From an uncultured Actinomycetota bacterium (GTDB lineage Bacteria > Actinomycetota > Humimicrobiia > Humimicrobiales > Humimicrobiaceae), in assembly GCA_964610385.1 (NCBI GenBank), contig CAZSXW010000001.1, positions 84,261-148,260 on the forward strand: a stretch of DNA of 64,000 bases. Direction: 5' to 3'. The notes beneath the pieces are model-generated. The model searched no databases. It was not told where the DNA came from and saw nothing but the letters and a program-made list of their open reading frames with translations. How positions within the stretch are numbered: the stretch's first letter is position 1; the number at the start of each line of letters is the position of its first letter. This document shows positions 47,842-57,717 of this stretch, piece after piece. A program made the position numbers and the translations under genes.

Positions 47842-48282
47842 TTACTGGCGCCTGTACAGTCCCACAAGCTGTGCCTCGGTAAGAATACTGGCTTCCATCT
47901 CTCTTTCAATATCTCCTGCTCTCGTAAATGAACCGAGATCCAGCTCGGTTTTCAGTGCAAAGAGTTTGAAAAAATAACGGTGTGTTCCTGACGGCGGACA
48001 CGGCCCCACATATCCGGGCCTTCCTGCATCTGTAACTCCCTCCACAGCCCCTGTCGGTACGCTGTTTTCTGGTATTCCTGTAACTTTAGGATCTATATTC
48101 CATACCGTCCAGTGTATATAGGTCCCTGCTGCAGCATCTGGGTCATCCACAATAAGTACCAGACTTTTCGCATTTTCAGGTACATCATTTATAATCAGCG
48201 GAGGATTTATATTCTCTCCATCGCAGGTATATACTTTCGGGATCAACTTATTGTTTTTAAAAGCGGTGCTTTCAATTTTCAT
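47842..48282 (-). CDS. YbhB/YbcL family Raf-kinase-inhibitor-like (PEBP) protein
   Basis: YTCDG.NINPPL, DDPDA, HW.VWNI, GPCPPSGTHRYFFKLFAL. Confidence 0.92.
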   Translation of the reverse strand: MKIESTAFKNNKLIPKVYTCDGENINPPLIINDVPENAKSLVLIVDDPDAAAGTYIHWTVWNIDPKVTGIPENSVPTGAVEGVTDAGRPGYVGPCPPSGTHRYFFKLFALKTELDLGSFTRAGDIEREMEASILTEAQLVGLYRRQ

Positions 48283-48469
48283 AGTCCCTCCTTATATACT
48301 ATACCAATTCAAATTTAATTACCTCTAATGTTATCATTTTTTAATTTTAATTTCGATTTACAACACAATGTCTTTAGAAATATCCGCCGAATAAACTACT
48401 TTCAAAATTTATAATGAAGAAATAATATGATAAAATAAATTCTGGTCAGATTATATAATTATATAAAAA

Positions 48470-48982
48470 ATGATAGAAAAAGAGCTTCTGGATAAAATTA
48501 AAAAAAGACTTAAGGAAATAAATACAATCAGGGATTTAAACAGCAGGGATCTCAGGTTTAAAAACTGGCATGCAAGTACTGCAAATCTCCTAAAAACTCT
48601 GCCCTCTGATTTCATTATTGATATAAACGACTTTAGAAAGTTGACTTTTACCGATACCAAATACCACAGGGGAAAAAAGTTTTTCAATCCTGAAGATGAT
48701 ACCCAGTATAGAGAAGATCTCGATTCTGCAGCAAAGATCTTAAAAAAAATCATCTCAATAAAAAAGGAATCAGAAGTTCCAAAAAAGACAAAGCCAAAAT
48801 CAAAAGCTGCAGCCAGAAAAGAGGTTAAAAGGGTGCCTGCTAAGAGAAAGATATCTACCGGCATAAAAAAACCGGATAAAAAAGTAAAAAAGACAAGGAG
48901 CAGATCTATTCCTAAAAAATCACCTGTCCCGAAAATAAAAAAGTCTTCTTCCGCTAAAACTAAGAAAACAAAAAAGAAATAA
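48470..48982 (+). CDS. Hypothetical protein with a long Lys-rich C-terminal tail
   Basis: About 95-aa globular N-terminus followed by about 75 aa of K/R/P/S/A low-complexity sequence. Confidence 0.7.
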   Translation: MIEKELLDKIKKRLKEINTIRDLNSRDLRFKNWHASTANLLKTLPSDFIIDINDFRKLTFTDTKYHRGKKFFNPEDDTQYREDLDSAAKILKKIISIKKESEVPKKTKPKSKAAARKEVKRVPAKRKISTGIKKPDKKVKKTRSRSIPKKSPVPKIKKSSSAKTKKTKKK

Positions 48983-49038
48983 CCAAAAGTCCGCCTGTAT
49001 TTAAACTAATAATTTGCCGAATAAATTAGATTGTATAT

Positions 49039-49923
49039 CTATTTTAATATTTCATGCCAGTAGTCATCAGCTATTGAATCAAAATCTTTTTGCGGGAAAT
49101 CATCATCTAATATTTTCATATCCTCCTGTGTAAGCTGCCAGCCCAAAGAGTCAAGATTTTCTTTAAGGTGCTCTATTTTTCTCGAGCCGGGAATTGTTAC
49201 CACATTTTTCTGGCTGATAAGCCAATTGATTGCTATCTGATTGGGTGTCTTTTTATAGATCAGGCATATTTTATCCAGTAGTCCTATTCCTTTTCTTGAT
49301 AACATGCCTCCCTCGATAGGTCTCCAGGCAGTGATCATTACCTCATTTTTTTTGGCATAGTCTATAAAGCCATCGGCCTGAAACTTCCTATTTATCAGAC
49401 TATAAGGTATCTGGTTGCAGATTATTTTATTTTTTGTACATCTTTGCGCTTCTTTAAATTGCCGGAGGTTAAAATTGCTGACTCCTATATATTTTACAAT
49501 GCCTTCTTCCACCAGATAATCCATGGCTTCCATAGTTTCAGCAATAGGTATTTTGAAATTTGGGTAATGTATCATATATAAATCCAGGTAATCGGTATCC
49601 AACCTCTCGAGACTTCCCCTTGCGGCACTGATGACCTCATTATAATGCAGATTTACAGGAGAAACTTTGGTAGCGATGACCAGTTTTGACCTATCATATC
49701 CTTTGATTGCCCTGCCTACCAGTATCTCGCTATAACCCCAGGCATACATTTCCGCAGTATCAATATGAGTGATACCCAGATTCAATGCTTCCTTTATAAT
49801 AGATATGTCTTTTTTATCATCATTGTCCGGATCATGGGCAGAGATACCGCCTACTCTGTATGCTCCAAAACCAAACACTGGTAATTCAAAACCACTTTTT
49901 AGTTTTTTTACCGGTATTTCCAT
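49039..49923 (-). CDS. Aldo/keto reductase
   Basis: GFGAY, IDTAEMY, ATKV, DLYMIHYP, IGVSNF, AWRPI, PGS. Confidence 0.9.
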   Translation of the reverse strand: MEIPVKKLKSGFELPVFGFGAYRVGGISAHDPDNDDKKDISIIKEALNLGITHIDTAEMYAWGYSEILVGRAIKGYDRSKLVIATKVSPVNLHYNEVISAARGSLERLDTDYLDLYMIHYPNFKIPIAETMEAMDYLVEEGIVKYIGVSNFNLRQFKEAQRCTKNKIICNQIPYSLINRKFQADGFIDYAKKNEVMITAWRPIEGGMLSRKGIGLLDKICLIYKKTPNQIAINWLISQKNVVTIPGSRKIEHLKENLDSLGWQLTQEDMKILDDDFPQKDFDSIADDYWHEILK

Positions 49924-49957
49924 ATAGAACTTTAAAAAATTTATAAAAATAGCCCTA

Positions 49958-49994
49958 AATATTTAAGCCCCACTTTATATGGGGCTTAAATATT
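49958..49994. terminator. Strong hairpin between the DUF4190-like and AKR genes
   Basis: AATATTTAAGCCCCA / TGGGGCTTAAATATT, 15-bp perfect stem with 7-nt loop; U-tail is weak. Confidence 0.5.
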
Positions 49995-50038
49995 ACTACC
50001 AGCGCATAAATTTTACTGTTATCACACGCTAAAAATTT

Positions 50039-50299
50039 TTAATAAAGATTGTTGAAAAGCAAACCTGATCCTAATACTGTTAATACGATGGCCATTATTA
50101 ACCATCCTATCGTCCATATGGCTCCAAGAACAATACCTGCAATGTCAAAGCCCCTTCCGGCTGCACCTGCCTCACCTTTTTTTATTTTCCCAAGATCAAT
50201 ACCACCCAGTATAATCGGTATAATTGACATTCCTAAAAGACCTGTTACCAGAGCTGCGATGGCAAGCCCGCTTGGACTTTGATTCCTATCTGCAATCAT
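50039..50299 (-). CDS. DUF4190-like small membrane protein
   Basis: LAIAALVTGLLG...LG.I.L..IKK...GRG..IAGIVLG; RBS aaggag. Confidence 0.75.
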   Translation of the reverse strand: MIADRNQSPSGLAIAALVTGLLGMSIIPIILGGIDLGKIKKGEAGAAGRGFDIAGIVLGAIWTIGWLIMAIVLTVLGSGLLFNNLY

Positions 50300-50415
50300 T
50301 AGAGTCTCCTTTCAAAAATTTGTAATCTTAACTAATATTATATTCATATGAAGTTAAAAATGAAAATAAATATTTAAAATAATAAAAAAATACTTATCTA
50401 TTATACTATTTACTT

Positions 50416-50832
50416 TTATATCTCTTCAGCAAGTGTGGATCTGGAAAGAGAAATATGCTTTACGCCCTTTATTGATTTTAACTTGGATTCCAATTGATAG
50501 ATTTCGCTTATTTTCCCCCTGACTACTATCACTTCCAGGCACACCCTTGGATCAAGGTGGATGTGCTGTGTTGAGATAATGGTCTTGTGATAATCATGCT
50601 GGATATCCACCAGATTATCCATAAGCTCCCTCCTGTGATGGTCAAAAACCAGTACTATTGCACCTGCTGCATTTTTATCCGTATTCAGCCACTGCTCTTC
50701 AACAAATTCCTTCCTGATTAGATCCCGCAGTGCTTCAGAGCGATTGGTGTAATTTTTTGATTTGATATAACTGTCAAACTTTTTTAACAGATCGCTCTCA
50801 ATTGAAACCCCAAATCTTTTAGTATCATCCAT
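50416..50832 (-). CDS. nikR: Nickel-responsive regulator
   Basis: RFGVSI ribbon, NRSEALRDLIR, DHH, QHDYH, HIHLD..CLEV. Confidence 0.93.
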   Translation of the reverse strand: MDDTKRFGVSIESDLLKKFDSYIKSKNYTNRSEALRDLIRKEFVEEQWLNTDKNAAGAIVLVFDHHRRELMDNLVDIQHDYHKTIISTQHIHLDPRVCLEVIVVRGKISEIYQLESKLKSIKGVKHISLSRSTLAEEI

Positions 50833-50953
50833 ATAGATTATTATAGTTTTAATAAATCAATTTATTGTGCCTATTATTGCATATTTTATTTTATTATTCA
50901 TTACCTAAACGTTACTTGCCGTTGTGTTCTTCCAACTATCCACTCCACTATTT

Positions 50954-50984
50954 TAATACCATAAGCAATTATCATATGGTATTA
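50954..50984. promoter_or_regulatory. Spaced palindrome in the nikR / methyltransferase divergent region (candidate operator)
   Basis: TAATACCATA-N11-TATGGTATTA, abutting a plus-strand TATAAT at 50983-50988. Confidence 0.45.
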
Positions 50985-51018
50985 TAATTTAAATATACAA
51001 AAACATATAAGTCATGCT

Positions 51019-51588
51019 ATGCAATTTACACCTGCGTTTAAAATAGGTATATGGAATGCCTGGATCTTTTCAGTATTTTTTCTACTTATACCATATTCAT
51101 TATTTTTGATAAACAGAGCCGCTTATAAAAAAATGGGCAATCCCCCTGACAGTGAGCCAGGAAAGAGCATTAAAATAATAGGTTATATCGCTACCGCAAT
51201 ATATTATATCGTTTTTTTATACACTATATTTCTACCGCTTAAACTGGGTACAGCCTGGTTCTATGCAGGTCTTATTATTTTCCTGCTGGCTCTTCTTATG
51301 ACGATAACGGCAGGTCTAAATTTTATTACAACACCGCCAGGCAGGCCCGTAACTAAAGGATTATACCGTTATTCCAGGCACCCGATGTATCTTTCTCAAT
51401 ACCTGGCTCTTGTGGGAATAGGCATAGCTGCAGCTTCATGGATAATTCTGCTGGTCTCAATTGTATTTATGATCTTAGTAAAGATCTATACTGATTACGA
51501 AGAACAATACTGTAAAGAGCGCTACGGGGACAGCTATAAAGAATACCTGGCAGCGACACCGAAATGGATAGGTATACCAAGACTCTGA
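51019..51588 (+). CDS. Isoprenylcysteine carboxyl methyltransferase / PEMT family membrane protein
   Basis: TM helices, TKGLYRYSRHPMY, EEQ.C...YG..Y.EY...TP.W. Confidence 0.85.
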   Translation: MQFTPAFKIGIWNAWIFSVFFLLIPYSLFLINRAAYKKMGNPPDSEPGKSIKIIGYIATAIYYIVFLYTIFLPLKLGTAWFYAGLIIFLLALLMTITAGLNFITTPPGRPVTKGLYRYSRHPMYLSQYLALVGIGIAAASWIILLVSIVFMILVKIYTDYEEQYCKERYGDSYKEYLAATPKWIGIPRL

Positions 51589-51602
51589 AATTTCATCCAA
51601 GC

Positions 51603-51690
51603 TGGTGCCCGAGGCCAGAATCGAACTGGCACGAGGCATAACCTCAACGGATTTTAAGTCCGTTGCGTCTACCAATTCCGCCACTCGGGC
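51603..51690 (-). tRNA. tRNA-Leu(TAA), long variable arm, CCA encoded
   Basis: GCCCGAG/CTCGGGC acceptor, ACGGA-CTTAAAA-TCCGT anticodon arm, GCCAG-TTCGATT-CTGGC T-arm, ACCA end. Confidence 0.96.
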
Positions 51691-51717
51691 ATGCCATTGA
51701 TTTGCTGGTTAATATTA

Positions 51718-52662
51718 TCAAAAATCAATAAGGCTGTAAATAATTCCGTCCAGTATGTCCTTCTCGCTTACCATTAAATATCTGTTTTTTGTAAGCTTTA
51801 GGACTGCAAGCAGAATTGCAGTACCTCCGATTATAATATCCGCCCTTTTGGGATTAAGCCCCGCCACCCTTTTCCTGTTTTCAAGACTCAGGCTGCATAA
51901 TTTTTTATAGATTTCTTCCACCCTTTTAAAACTTAATATATGCCGGTGTATCCTGTTACTGTCATATTTTTTTAATTCCAGATCAACAGCCGCAAGGGCT
52001 GTTATAGTTCCCGCTACTCCGATCATAGAAACCGGGCCGAGGGAATTTATTTTTCTAATGACCTTTTTAAGGCTATCTTCGATAAAACCATGCATCCTCT
52101 CCAAACTGTCCTTATCCAGGACATTCCCGCCGATAAACCTTTCGGTCAAACTGACACATCCTATATCTATACTTTCGATAAGCTTTGGATCACATCTTTC
52201 ATTACCAAGTATAAACTCGGTACTGCCCCCGCCGATATCCAGTACCAAAATATTGCCGGGTTTATTTTTTTTAAAGAAAGATGATTTTAAATCCGTTTCC
52301 TTTACCGCCCCATAAAAACTCAAAACCGCTTCTTCTTCTCCGCTAATTATATCGATACTAATCCCAGAATTTTTATATATATAGGAAACGAACCAATCAC
52401 TGTTCAATGATTTTCTTAATGCACTGGTCCCGACCGCCCGGTAACTTCCCACATTATAGCTTTTGATCAAACCTTTGTAATCAAGTACTACATCAAGTGT
52501 CCTTTTTGCAGAGTCACTAAGGATAATACCTTTCTCTTCCAGACCTTTTCCGAGACGGGTTATTTTCATTTTTCTTTCCAGTGGCATGAACTTATTTTTT
52601 TGGTGATCTGCTATAAGCAGCCTTGTGGAGTTGGTCCCAATATCAATAGAAGCTAATTTCAT
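51718..52662 (-). CDS. ppx: Ppx/GppA family phosphatase
   Basis: IDIGTNSTRL, VGTSALR, ISGEEEA, DIGGGSTE, P.RADII.GG. Confidence 0.88.
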   Translation of the reverse strand: MKLASIDIGTNSTRLLIADHQKNKFMPLERKMKITRLGKGLEEKGIILSDSAKRTLDVVLDYKGLIKSYNVGSYRAVGTSALRKSLNSDWFVSYIYKNSGISIDIISGEEEAVLSFYGAVKETDLKSSFFKKNKPGNILVLDIGGGSTEFILGNERCDPKLIESIDIGCVSLTERFIGGNVLDKDSLERMHGFIEDSLKKVIRKINSLGPVSMIGVAGTITALAAVDLELKKYDSNRIHRHILSFKRVEEIYKKLCSLSLENRKRVAGLNPKRADIIIGGTAILLAVLKLTKNRYLMVSEKDILDGIIYSLIDF

Positions 52663-52695
52663 TTAAAGTTATTTGTGCGTGTTATTAATCCCTGA

Positions 52696-53127
52696 TCAAT
52701 TTCTTCTGATTTCCCGGTTATAAAAAATCTTTATATTCTCCCACAAATCAGAATTTGAATAAACATCCTGTTCGGACATTGAATAACTATCGTTTTCGAG
52801 ATCCTGCCCATCTCCGCTCTCTTCTATGACCACAGTCATATTTGTCTCATCACCGGCAGTCATATTAAACTGTTCTCTTGCTTCAAGCCTTATGGCTTCC
52901 TCTCCATACAGACTTTTTACCAGTGCAAGAAGTGCAATGTTTTCATTCCTATGCCAATCCAGTTCTTCTTCAAGTTCTATTATCTTTTCCCTTTTTTCAA
53001 CAATGTTCTTGATTTGATTTATTGAAGTAAGGATAGTGATTAAAATAAAAAGTAAGACGATTACGACAATAATATTAATTTTAGCTTTTCTGGACAGTCT
53101 GCTGACAATTTTTATATCATCATCCAT
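52696..53127 (-). CDS. Septum formation initiator (FtsB/DivIC-like)
   Basis: Single TM, coiled coil, IRLEAREQFNM; position upstream of ppx matches the usual synteny. Confidence 0.7.
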   Translation of the reverse strand: MDDDIKIVSRLSRKAKINIIVVIVLLFILITILTSINQIKNIVEKREKIIELEEELDWHRNENIALLALVKSLYGEEAIRLEAREQFNMTAGDETNMTVVIEESGDGQDLENDSYSMSEQDVYSNSDLWENIKIFYNREIRRN

Positions 53128-53387
53128 ATTAATCTTATTACTATGTTTATATTACTTATCAATTTACTATATTGTTGCTACTTTAATTCCAGCTGCTGTA
53201 ATCAAAATTCATCTAAATATTCATATAAGTATAAAACATATAATACAATAATCCAATATCCGCCAAATTTCGGCAATATTATATAAATTAATCAGGTAAA
53301 AATAAAATTGTTGTTTTTAATTGCCAATTTTATTAAAATATCAACCTATATGTTTGATTTTATTCAATAATTGAATCCTAATATACA

Positions 53388-54734
53388 ATGAAGGAAATAC
53401 CTTTATTTTCTTCCAAAACACAGAACAAGATCGCCCAGCAGGTACTGCTCGGATTTCTTATAGCGATAATTCTTGGATCACTGATCCTTATGATCCCACA
53501 GATGACCCAGAGCGGAAAGATAACCTACATAGATGCTGCCTTTACTTCTACTTCCGCCATCTGTGTTACGGGATTGATAGTCCAGGATACACCGACATAT
53601 TTTACCAAGCTGGGTAAAATCATAATACTTATAATGATACAGATAGGCGGACTGGGGATCATGACTATTGGTTCTATTTTCGGTCTGATCCTGGGAAGGA
53701 AGATTCATATCAAGGATAAATTCTACATCGATACCAGCTTTGGTTCAAAACAGCCCTTCAGCACCGCCAAATTTTTTATGGTAATAGCAGGTACCACATT
53801 TACCATAGAATTTATTGCATTCCTGATCATGACCGCTATCTTTTATTTCAAGCATCTCTATCCGCTCAAGACATCGATGACTTACGGCCTGTTTCATACT
53901 ATCAGTGCTTTTTGTAATGCAGGTTTCTCTCTTTATTCAAACAGCCTGCAGAATTTTAGTTCGGATATTCCGCTAAATCTGATATTTATGGTTTTGATCG
54001 TCCTGGGAGGTCTGGGATTTCCGGTACTCTCGGAAATAATCACTTACAGAAGAATAAGGCGCTTTTCACTGCATACCAAGGTAGTCTTTATCACCACCGC
54101 CGCTTTGATATTGATCGGTGCGGTTATGTTCCTTATTATTGAATTTAATAATCCGGAATCAATTGCAGGAAGACCACTGCCAACTAAAATAATGGCCAGT
54201 TTTTTCCAGTCTATCACTGCAAGAACGGCCGGTTTTAATACCATTAATACAGGCAGTCTAAATGTGGCCACTTTATTTTTCCTTGCCTTTTTTATGTTTA
54301 TCGGTGCATCACCTGGAGGGACCGGCGGAGGCATAAAGACAACCACCTTTATCACTGTTACTGCAGGCGGGTTCAGCTACCTCAGAGGAAGAAGTCACGT
54401 AACGTTATTAAAAAGAAGACTTCCACCAGGATTAATCAACAGGGCACTTACCATAACGATAACCGCGACTGCCATAATCATGATCTCTACAATAGGAGTG
54501 CTGCTGTTTGAACAGTGCACCCTTAAAGAAGCGATATTTGAAGTAATATCGGCATTCGGTACTGTAGGGTTAAGTACCGGAATAACACAATCGCTTTCTG
54601 TGGGAAGCAAGATCATATTGATACTGACTATGTTTATTGGTAGAATTGGAATCAGTACCCTGTCTGTAGCTATTGCAATAAGAGGAACGATAAATAAAAT
54701 GGCTTACCCTGAAGAAACAATAACCATCGGATAG
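53388..54734 (+). CDS. ktrB: Trk/Ktr potassium uptake membrane subunit
   Basis: TSAICVTGL, SAFCNAGF, TARTAGF, SAFGTVGLS pore loops. Confidence 0.9.
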   Translation: MKEIPLFSSKTQNKIAQQVLLGFLIAIILGSLILMIPQMTQSGKITYIDAAFTSTSAICVTGLIVQDTPTYFTKLGKIIILIMIQIGGLGIMTIGSIFGLILGRKIHIKDKFYIDTSFGSKQPFSTAKFFMVIAGTTFTIEFIAFLIMTAIFYFKHLYPLKTSMTYGLFHTISAFCNAGFSLYSNSLQNFSSDIPLNLIFMVLIVLGGLGFPVLSEIITYRRIRRFSLHTKVVFITTAALILIGAVMFLIIEFNNPESIAGRPLPTKIMASFFQSITARTAGFNTINTGSLNVATLFFLAFFMFIGASPGGTGGGIKTTTFITVTAGGFSYLRGRSHVTLLKRRLPPGLINRALTITITATAIIMISTIGVLLFEQCTLKEAIFEVISAFGTVGLSTGITQSLSVGSKIILILTMFIGRIGISTLSVAIAIRGTINKMAYPEETITIG

Positions 54735-54739
54735 GCATT

Positions 54740-55402
54740 ATGAAAAAACAATTTTTAATAATAGGATTGGGGAGATTCGGAGCAAGCGTAGCCACTACAC
54801 TGACAGAATCAGGTCATAGTGTAGTGGGCATAGACCAGTCCGAAGAGCGGGTCCAGAGAGTCTCAGAAGAAATAACAGATGTAATAAAATGTGATGCCAC
54901 TGATGCGGATATACTGGAATCTATGGGCATTCCCGATTATGAAGCAGTTATCGTATGTATTGGAGAAAAATATATACAAAACTCGATACTGGTCACTCTT
55001 TTACTCAAAGAAAAAGGTGCAAAAAAGATAATCGCCAAAGCGGGGACCAAGACACAGGGGAGGGTACTTTCAAAAGTCGGTGCAGACATTATAGTATATC
55101 CCGAAAAAGATATGGGAGAAAGAGTCGCAAGAAATCTTGTAAGCTCTAATATTATAGACTTTCTGGAAGTCAGTCCCGATGTAAGTATCGTTGAAATACC
55201 GGCACCAAAAACAATGGTGGGGAAAAGTCTGATTGATCTAAACTTACGTAATAAATATGGTGTTACTATAATAAGTATAAAAAACAGCAAAAATGAAATA
55301 ATATCTCCTCCGGATGTCAAATACAAGTTTCAGAAAGATGATGTTTTAACATTAATCGGTGAAAACAAGCTGTTAAAGAAACTTCGGTTTACAGAAGAAT
55401 AA
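54740..55402 (+). CDS. ktrA: Trk/Ktr RCK regulatory subunit
   Basis: IGLGRFG Rossmann motif, PEKDMG, TrkA-C domain. Confidence 0.9.
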   Translation: MKKQFLIIGLGRFGASVATTLTESGHSVVGIDQSEERVQRVSEEITDVIKCDATDADILESMGIPDYEAVIVCIGEKYIQNSILVTLLLKEKGAKKIIAKAGTKTQGRVLSKVGADIIVYPEKDMGERVARNLVSSNIIDFLEVSPDVSIVEIPAPKTMVGKSLIDLNLRNKYGVTIISIKNSKNEIISPPDVKYKFQKDDVLTLIGENKLLKKLRFTEE

Positions 55403-55429
55403 ATCACATAATCAATCTTCGGTTATAAA

Positions 55430-56908
55430 CTATTCTACTTCTTTTACATTTATAAGATTGGTGCTTCCCGGTTTATTTACCAGAACTCCGGCTGTGATCG
55501 CCACCGTATCACCGTTTCTTATATATTTCAGCTTCTTTGAAGCGTTTACGGATTCATCAATCATCGCATCAATGTTTTTGGTGAACTTCACCTTTGCCGG
55601 TACCACACCCCAGCTCATCATCAACTGCCTGACTACCCACCAGTGCGGACTGGTGCCTATTATCATACTTTTCGGTCTGTTTTTAGAAACCTGCCTGGCA
55701 GTATATCCTGATTCAGTCGAAGAAATGATCGCTCTAACGTTTAGTATATTGGCAATCTCACAGGAAGCATAACTTATGGCTTCAGTAATGGTATTATGAC
55801 TGATCTTTAACTTCTTCCTGAGGATTGCACTATTTCTTAAAATAGTATCATAATCAAGTGATACTTCTGTCTTATTTATTATTTTTACCATCATCTTCAG
55901 GGACTCCAGTGGATACTTACCGACAGCAGTCTCACCGGAAAGCATAACCGAATCCGAGCCGTCTATGATTGCATTCGCCACGTCACTGACCTCAGCTCGG
56001 GTCGGCCTGGAGTTTTTTATCATAGAATTCAGCATCTGAGTGGCAGTTATTACTGGTTTGCCGGCCATATTGGCTTTTTTTATAATATTTTTCTGAATAT
56101 GGGGGACTTCTTCTTCATTCATTTCAATACCAAGATCCCCTCTGGCCACCATAATAGCATCTGCTGAATTTAAAATAGTATCAAAATTATCAACTGCTTC
56201 ATGCCTCTCGATTTTCGCTATGACCATTACATGACTTTTTTTACTCTTTATAACTTTTTTAATCTTTTCTATATCAGATGCGCTTCTTACAAAAGATTGA
56301 GCTATAAAATCCACTTCAAGCTCGATACCAAGATCTAAAAACTTGAAATCCTTTTTGGTAACTGTACTCTCACTTATAGACACTCCCGGCAGGTTGATTC
56401 CTTTAAAAGAGCCGAGTATTCCGCCGGTAATCACCTCACAGACAGCAAACTTTTTAGGAACATTGACATCCAGCACCTTACATTCGATCAAGCCGTCATC
56501 GATGAAGACATGGCTACCCTTCTTGATATCTTTTATGAATTTATTATAAGTGACCTTGATTACATTATTTATATTTGAGTAGTCCGAATTATGTTTATCG
56601 GTAGTAGTAAAAATAAATTTCTGCTTTCTTCCTAGGTTTATCTTATTTTTTAGACTGCCGACTCTGATTTTAGGACCCTGAAGATCCAGTATTATTGCAG
56701 TATTTTTTTTAAGCTCCCTGGATACTTTTCTTATTTTCTTAACCAATTCTATAACTTCCTGGGTGTTACTGTGAGAAGTATTTATTCGGGCTATATCCAT
56801 TCCTCCTTCTATCAATTCCCTTAAAATATCCTCTCCTTCACTGGCAGGTCCGATAGTACAGATTATCTTGGTCTTTCTTACGGTATTTCTTTTTTTGCTA
56901 TTTCCCAT
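55430..56908 (-). CDS. pyk: Pyruvate kinase
   Basis: TKIICTIGPAS, DLQGPKIR, KGINLP, AKIE, MVARGDLG, ATQML.SM, RAEVSDVAN, MLSGETA. Confidence 0.97.
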   Translation of the reverse strand: MGNSKKRNTVRKTKIICTIGPASEGEDILRELIEGGMDIARINTSHSNTQEVIELVKKIRKVSRELKKNTAIILDLQGPKIRVGSLKNKINLGRKQKFIFTTTDKHNSDYSNINNVIKVTYNKFIKDIKKGSHVFIDDGLIECKVLDVNVPKKFAVCEVITGGILGSFKGINLPGVSISESTVTKKDFKFLDLGIELEVDFIAQSFVRSASDIEKIKKVIKSKKSHVMVIAKIERHEAVDNFDTILNSADAIMVARGDLGIEMNEEEVPHIQKNIIKKANMAGKPVITATQMLNSMIKNSRPTRAEVSDVANAIIDGSDSVMLSGETAVGKYPLESLKMMVKIINKTEVSLDYDTILRNSAILRKKLKISHNTITEAISYASCEIANILNVRAIISSTESGYTARQVSKNRPKSMIIGTSPHWWVVRQLMMSWGVVPAKVKFTKNIDAMIDESVNASKKLKYIRNGDTVAITAGVLVNKPGSTNLINVKEVE

Positions 56909-57717
56909 AATTTATCTTTTTCCTTAAGAGGCAGTTTTTTAAAATCCAAACTGTTTTTATCGGCATACTTCTCCATAGAATCAAATCTTTTTATAAACTT
57001 TTTACTGGTTTCGTATAAGCTTTGTTCACAATCCATATCCAAGTGCCTGCTTATATTTACCATGGTAAAAAGGACATCACCAATCTCACCCGAGATATAC
57101 TTTTTCCTATCCTTTTTTATCTCATTTCTGAGTTCAGTCAGCTCCTCTTCCATTTTTTCGAATATATCACCTGTATTCTCCCAATCAAAACCCAGCCTTG
57201 AAGCTCTGTTCTGAATCTCAAAAGCATAATGAAGCGAGGGCAAGGATCTCGGAATGCCGCTGAAAATTGAACCAGGTTTTTTAAATTTCTCCTTCCTTTC
57301 CCTTTTCTTTATTTCTTCCCAGTTTTGCAGTATTTTTTCACTGGTGGTCAGGTCCAATCCATTGAACACATGGGGATGTCTTCTTATAAGTTTTTTTATA
57401 ATACCTTTAAGTACACTGCTTATATCAAACTCTTTATCTTCAGACGCTATCTGGCAGTGAAAGACTACTTGCAGAAGCAGATCTCCCAGTTCTTCCCTGA
57501 GTCCGTTATAATCATCATTTTCGATACTCTCAACAGCCTCGTATGTCTCTTCAATAAGATTTTTCTTAATGGTTTTGTGGTTTTGCTCTCTGTCCCACAT
57601 ACACCCGTCAGGTGATCTGAGTTTTTTCATTATATTTACTAAAATGGCAAACAGCTTACCACTATCGCTGATTTTATCTATATTTTCCAGATCACTACTG
57701 TTTAGGCCTGATTTCAT
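56878..57717 (-). CDS. mazG: Nucleoside triphosphate pyrophosphohydrolase (tandem domain)
   Basis: LRSPDGCMWD, EETYE, EELGDLL, KLIRRHPHVF, GFDW, EIGDVLF. Confidence 0.93.
   Translation of the reverse strand: MKSGLNSSDLENIDKISDSGKLFAILVNIMKKLRSPDGCMWDREQNHKTIKKNLIEETYEAVESIENDDYNGLREELGDLLLQVVFHCQIASEDKEFDISSVLKGIIKKLIRRHPHVFNGLDLTTSEKILQNWEEIKKRERKEKFKKPGSIFSGIPRSLPSLHYAFEIQNRASRLGFDWENTGDIFEKMEEELTELRNEIKKDRKKYISGEIGDVLFTMVNISRHLDMDCEQSLYETSKKFIKRFDSMEKYADKNSLDFKKLPLKEKDKLWEIAKKEIP

Noticed and set aside
5224-51602. One large integrative element between tRNA-Val and tRNA-Leu
   Set aside because: No integrase or transposase, no duplicated tRNA end matching either tRNA, and the interval holds housekeeping-type metabolic operons.
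51475-51684. 69-aa minus-strand ORF MAELVDATDLKSVEV...
   Set aside because: It is the tRNA-Leu sequence read as codons and also overlaps the methyltransferase gene on the other strand.
53128-53387. c-di-AMP (ydaO) riboswitch upstream of ktrBA
   Set aside because: The region is very AT-rich with none of the GC-rich paired elements of that riboswitch.
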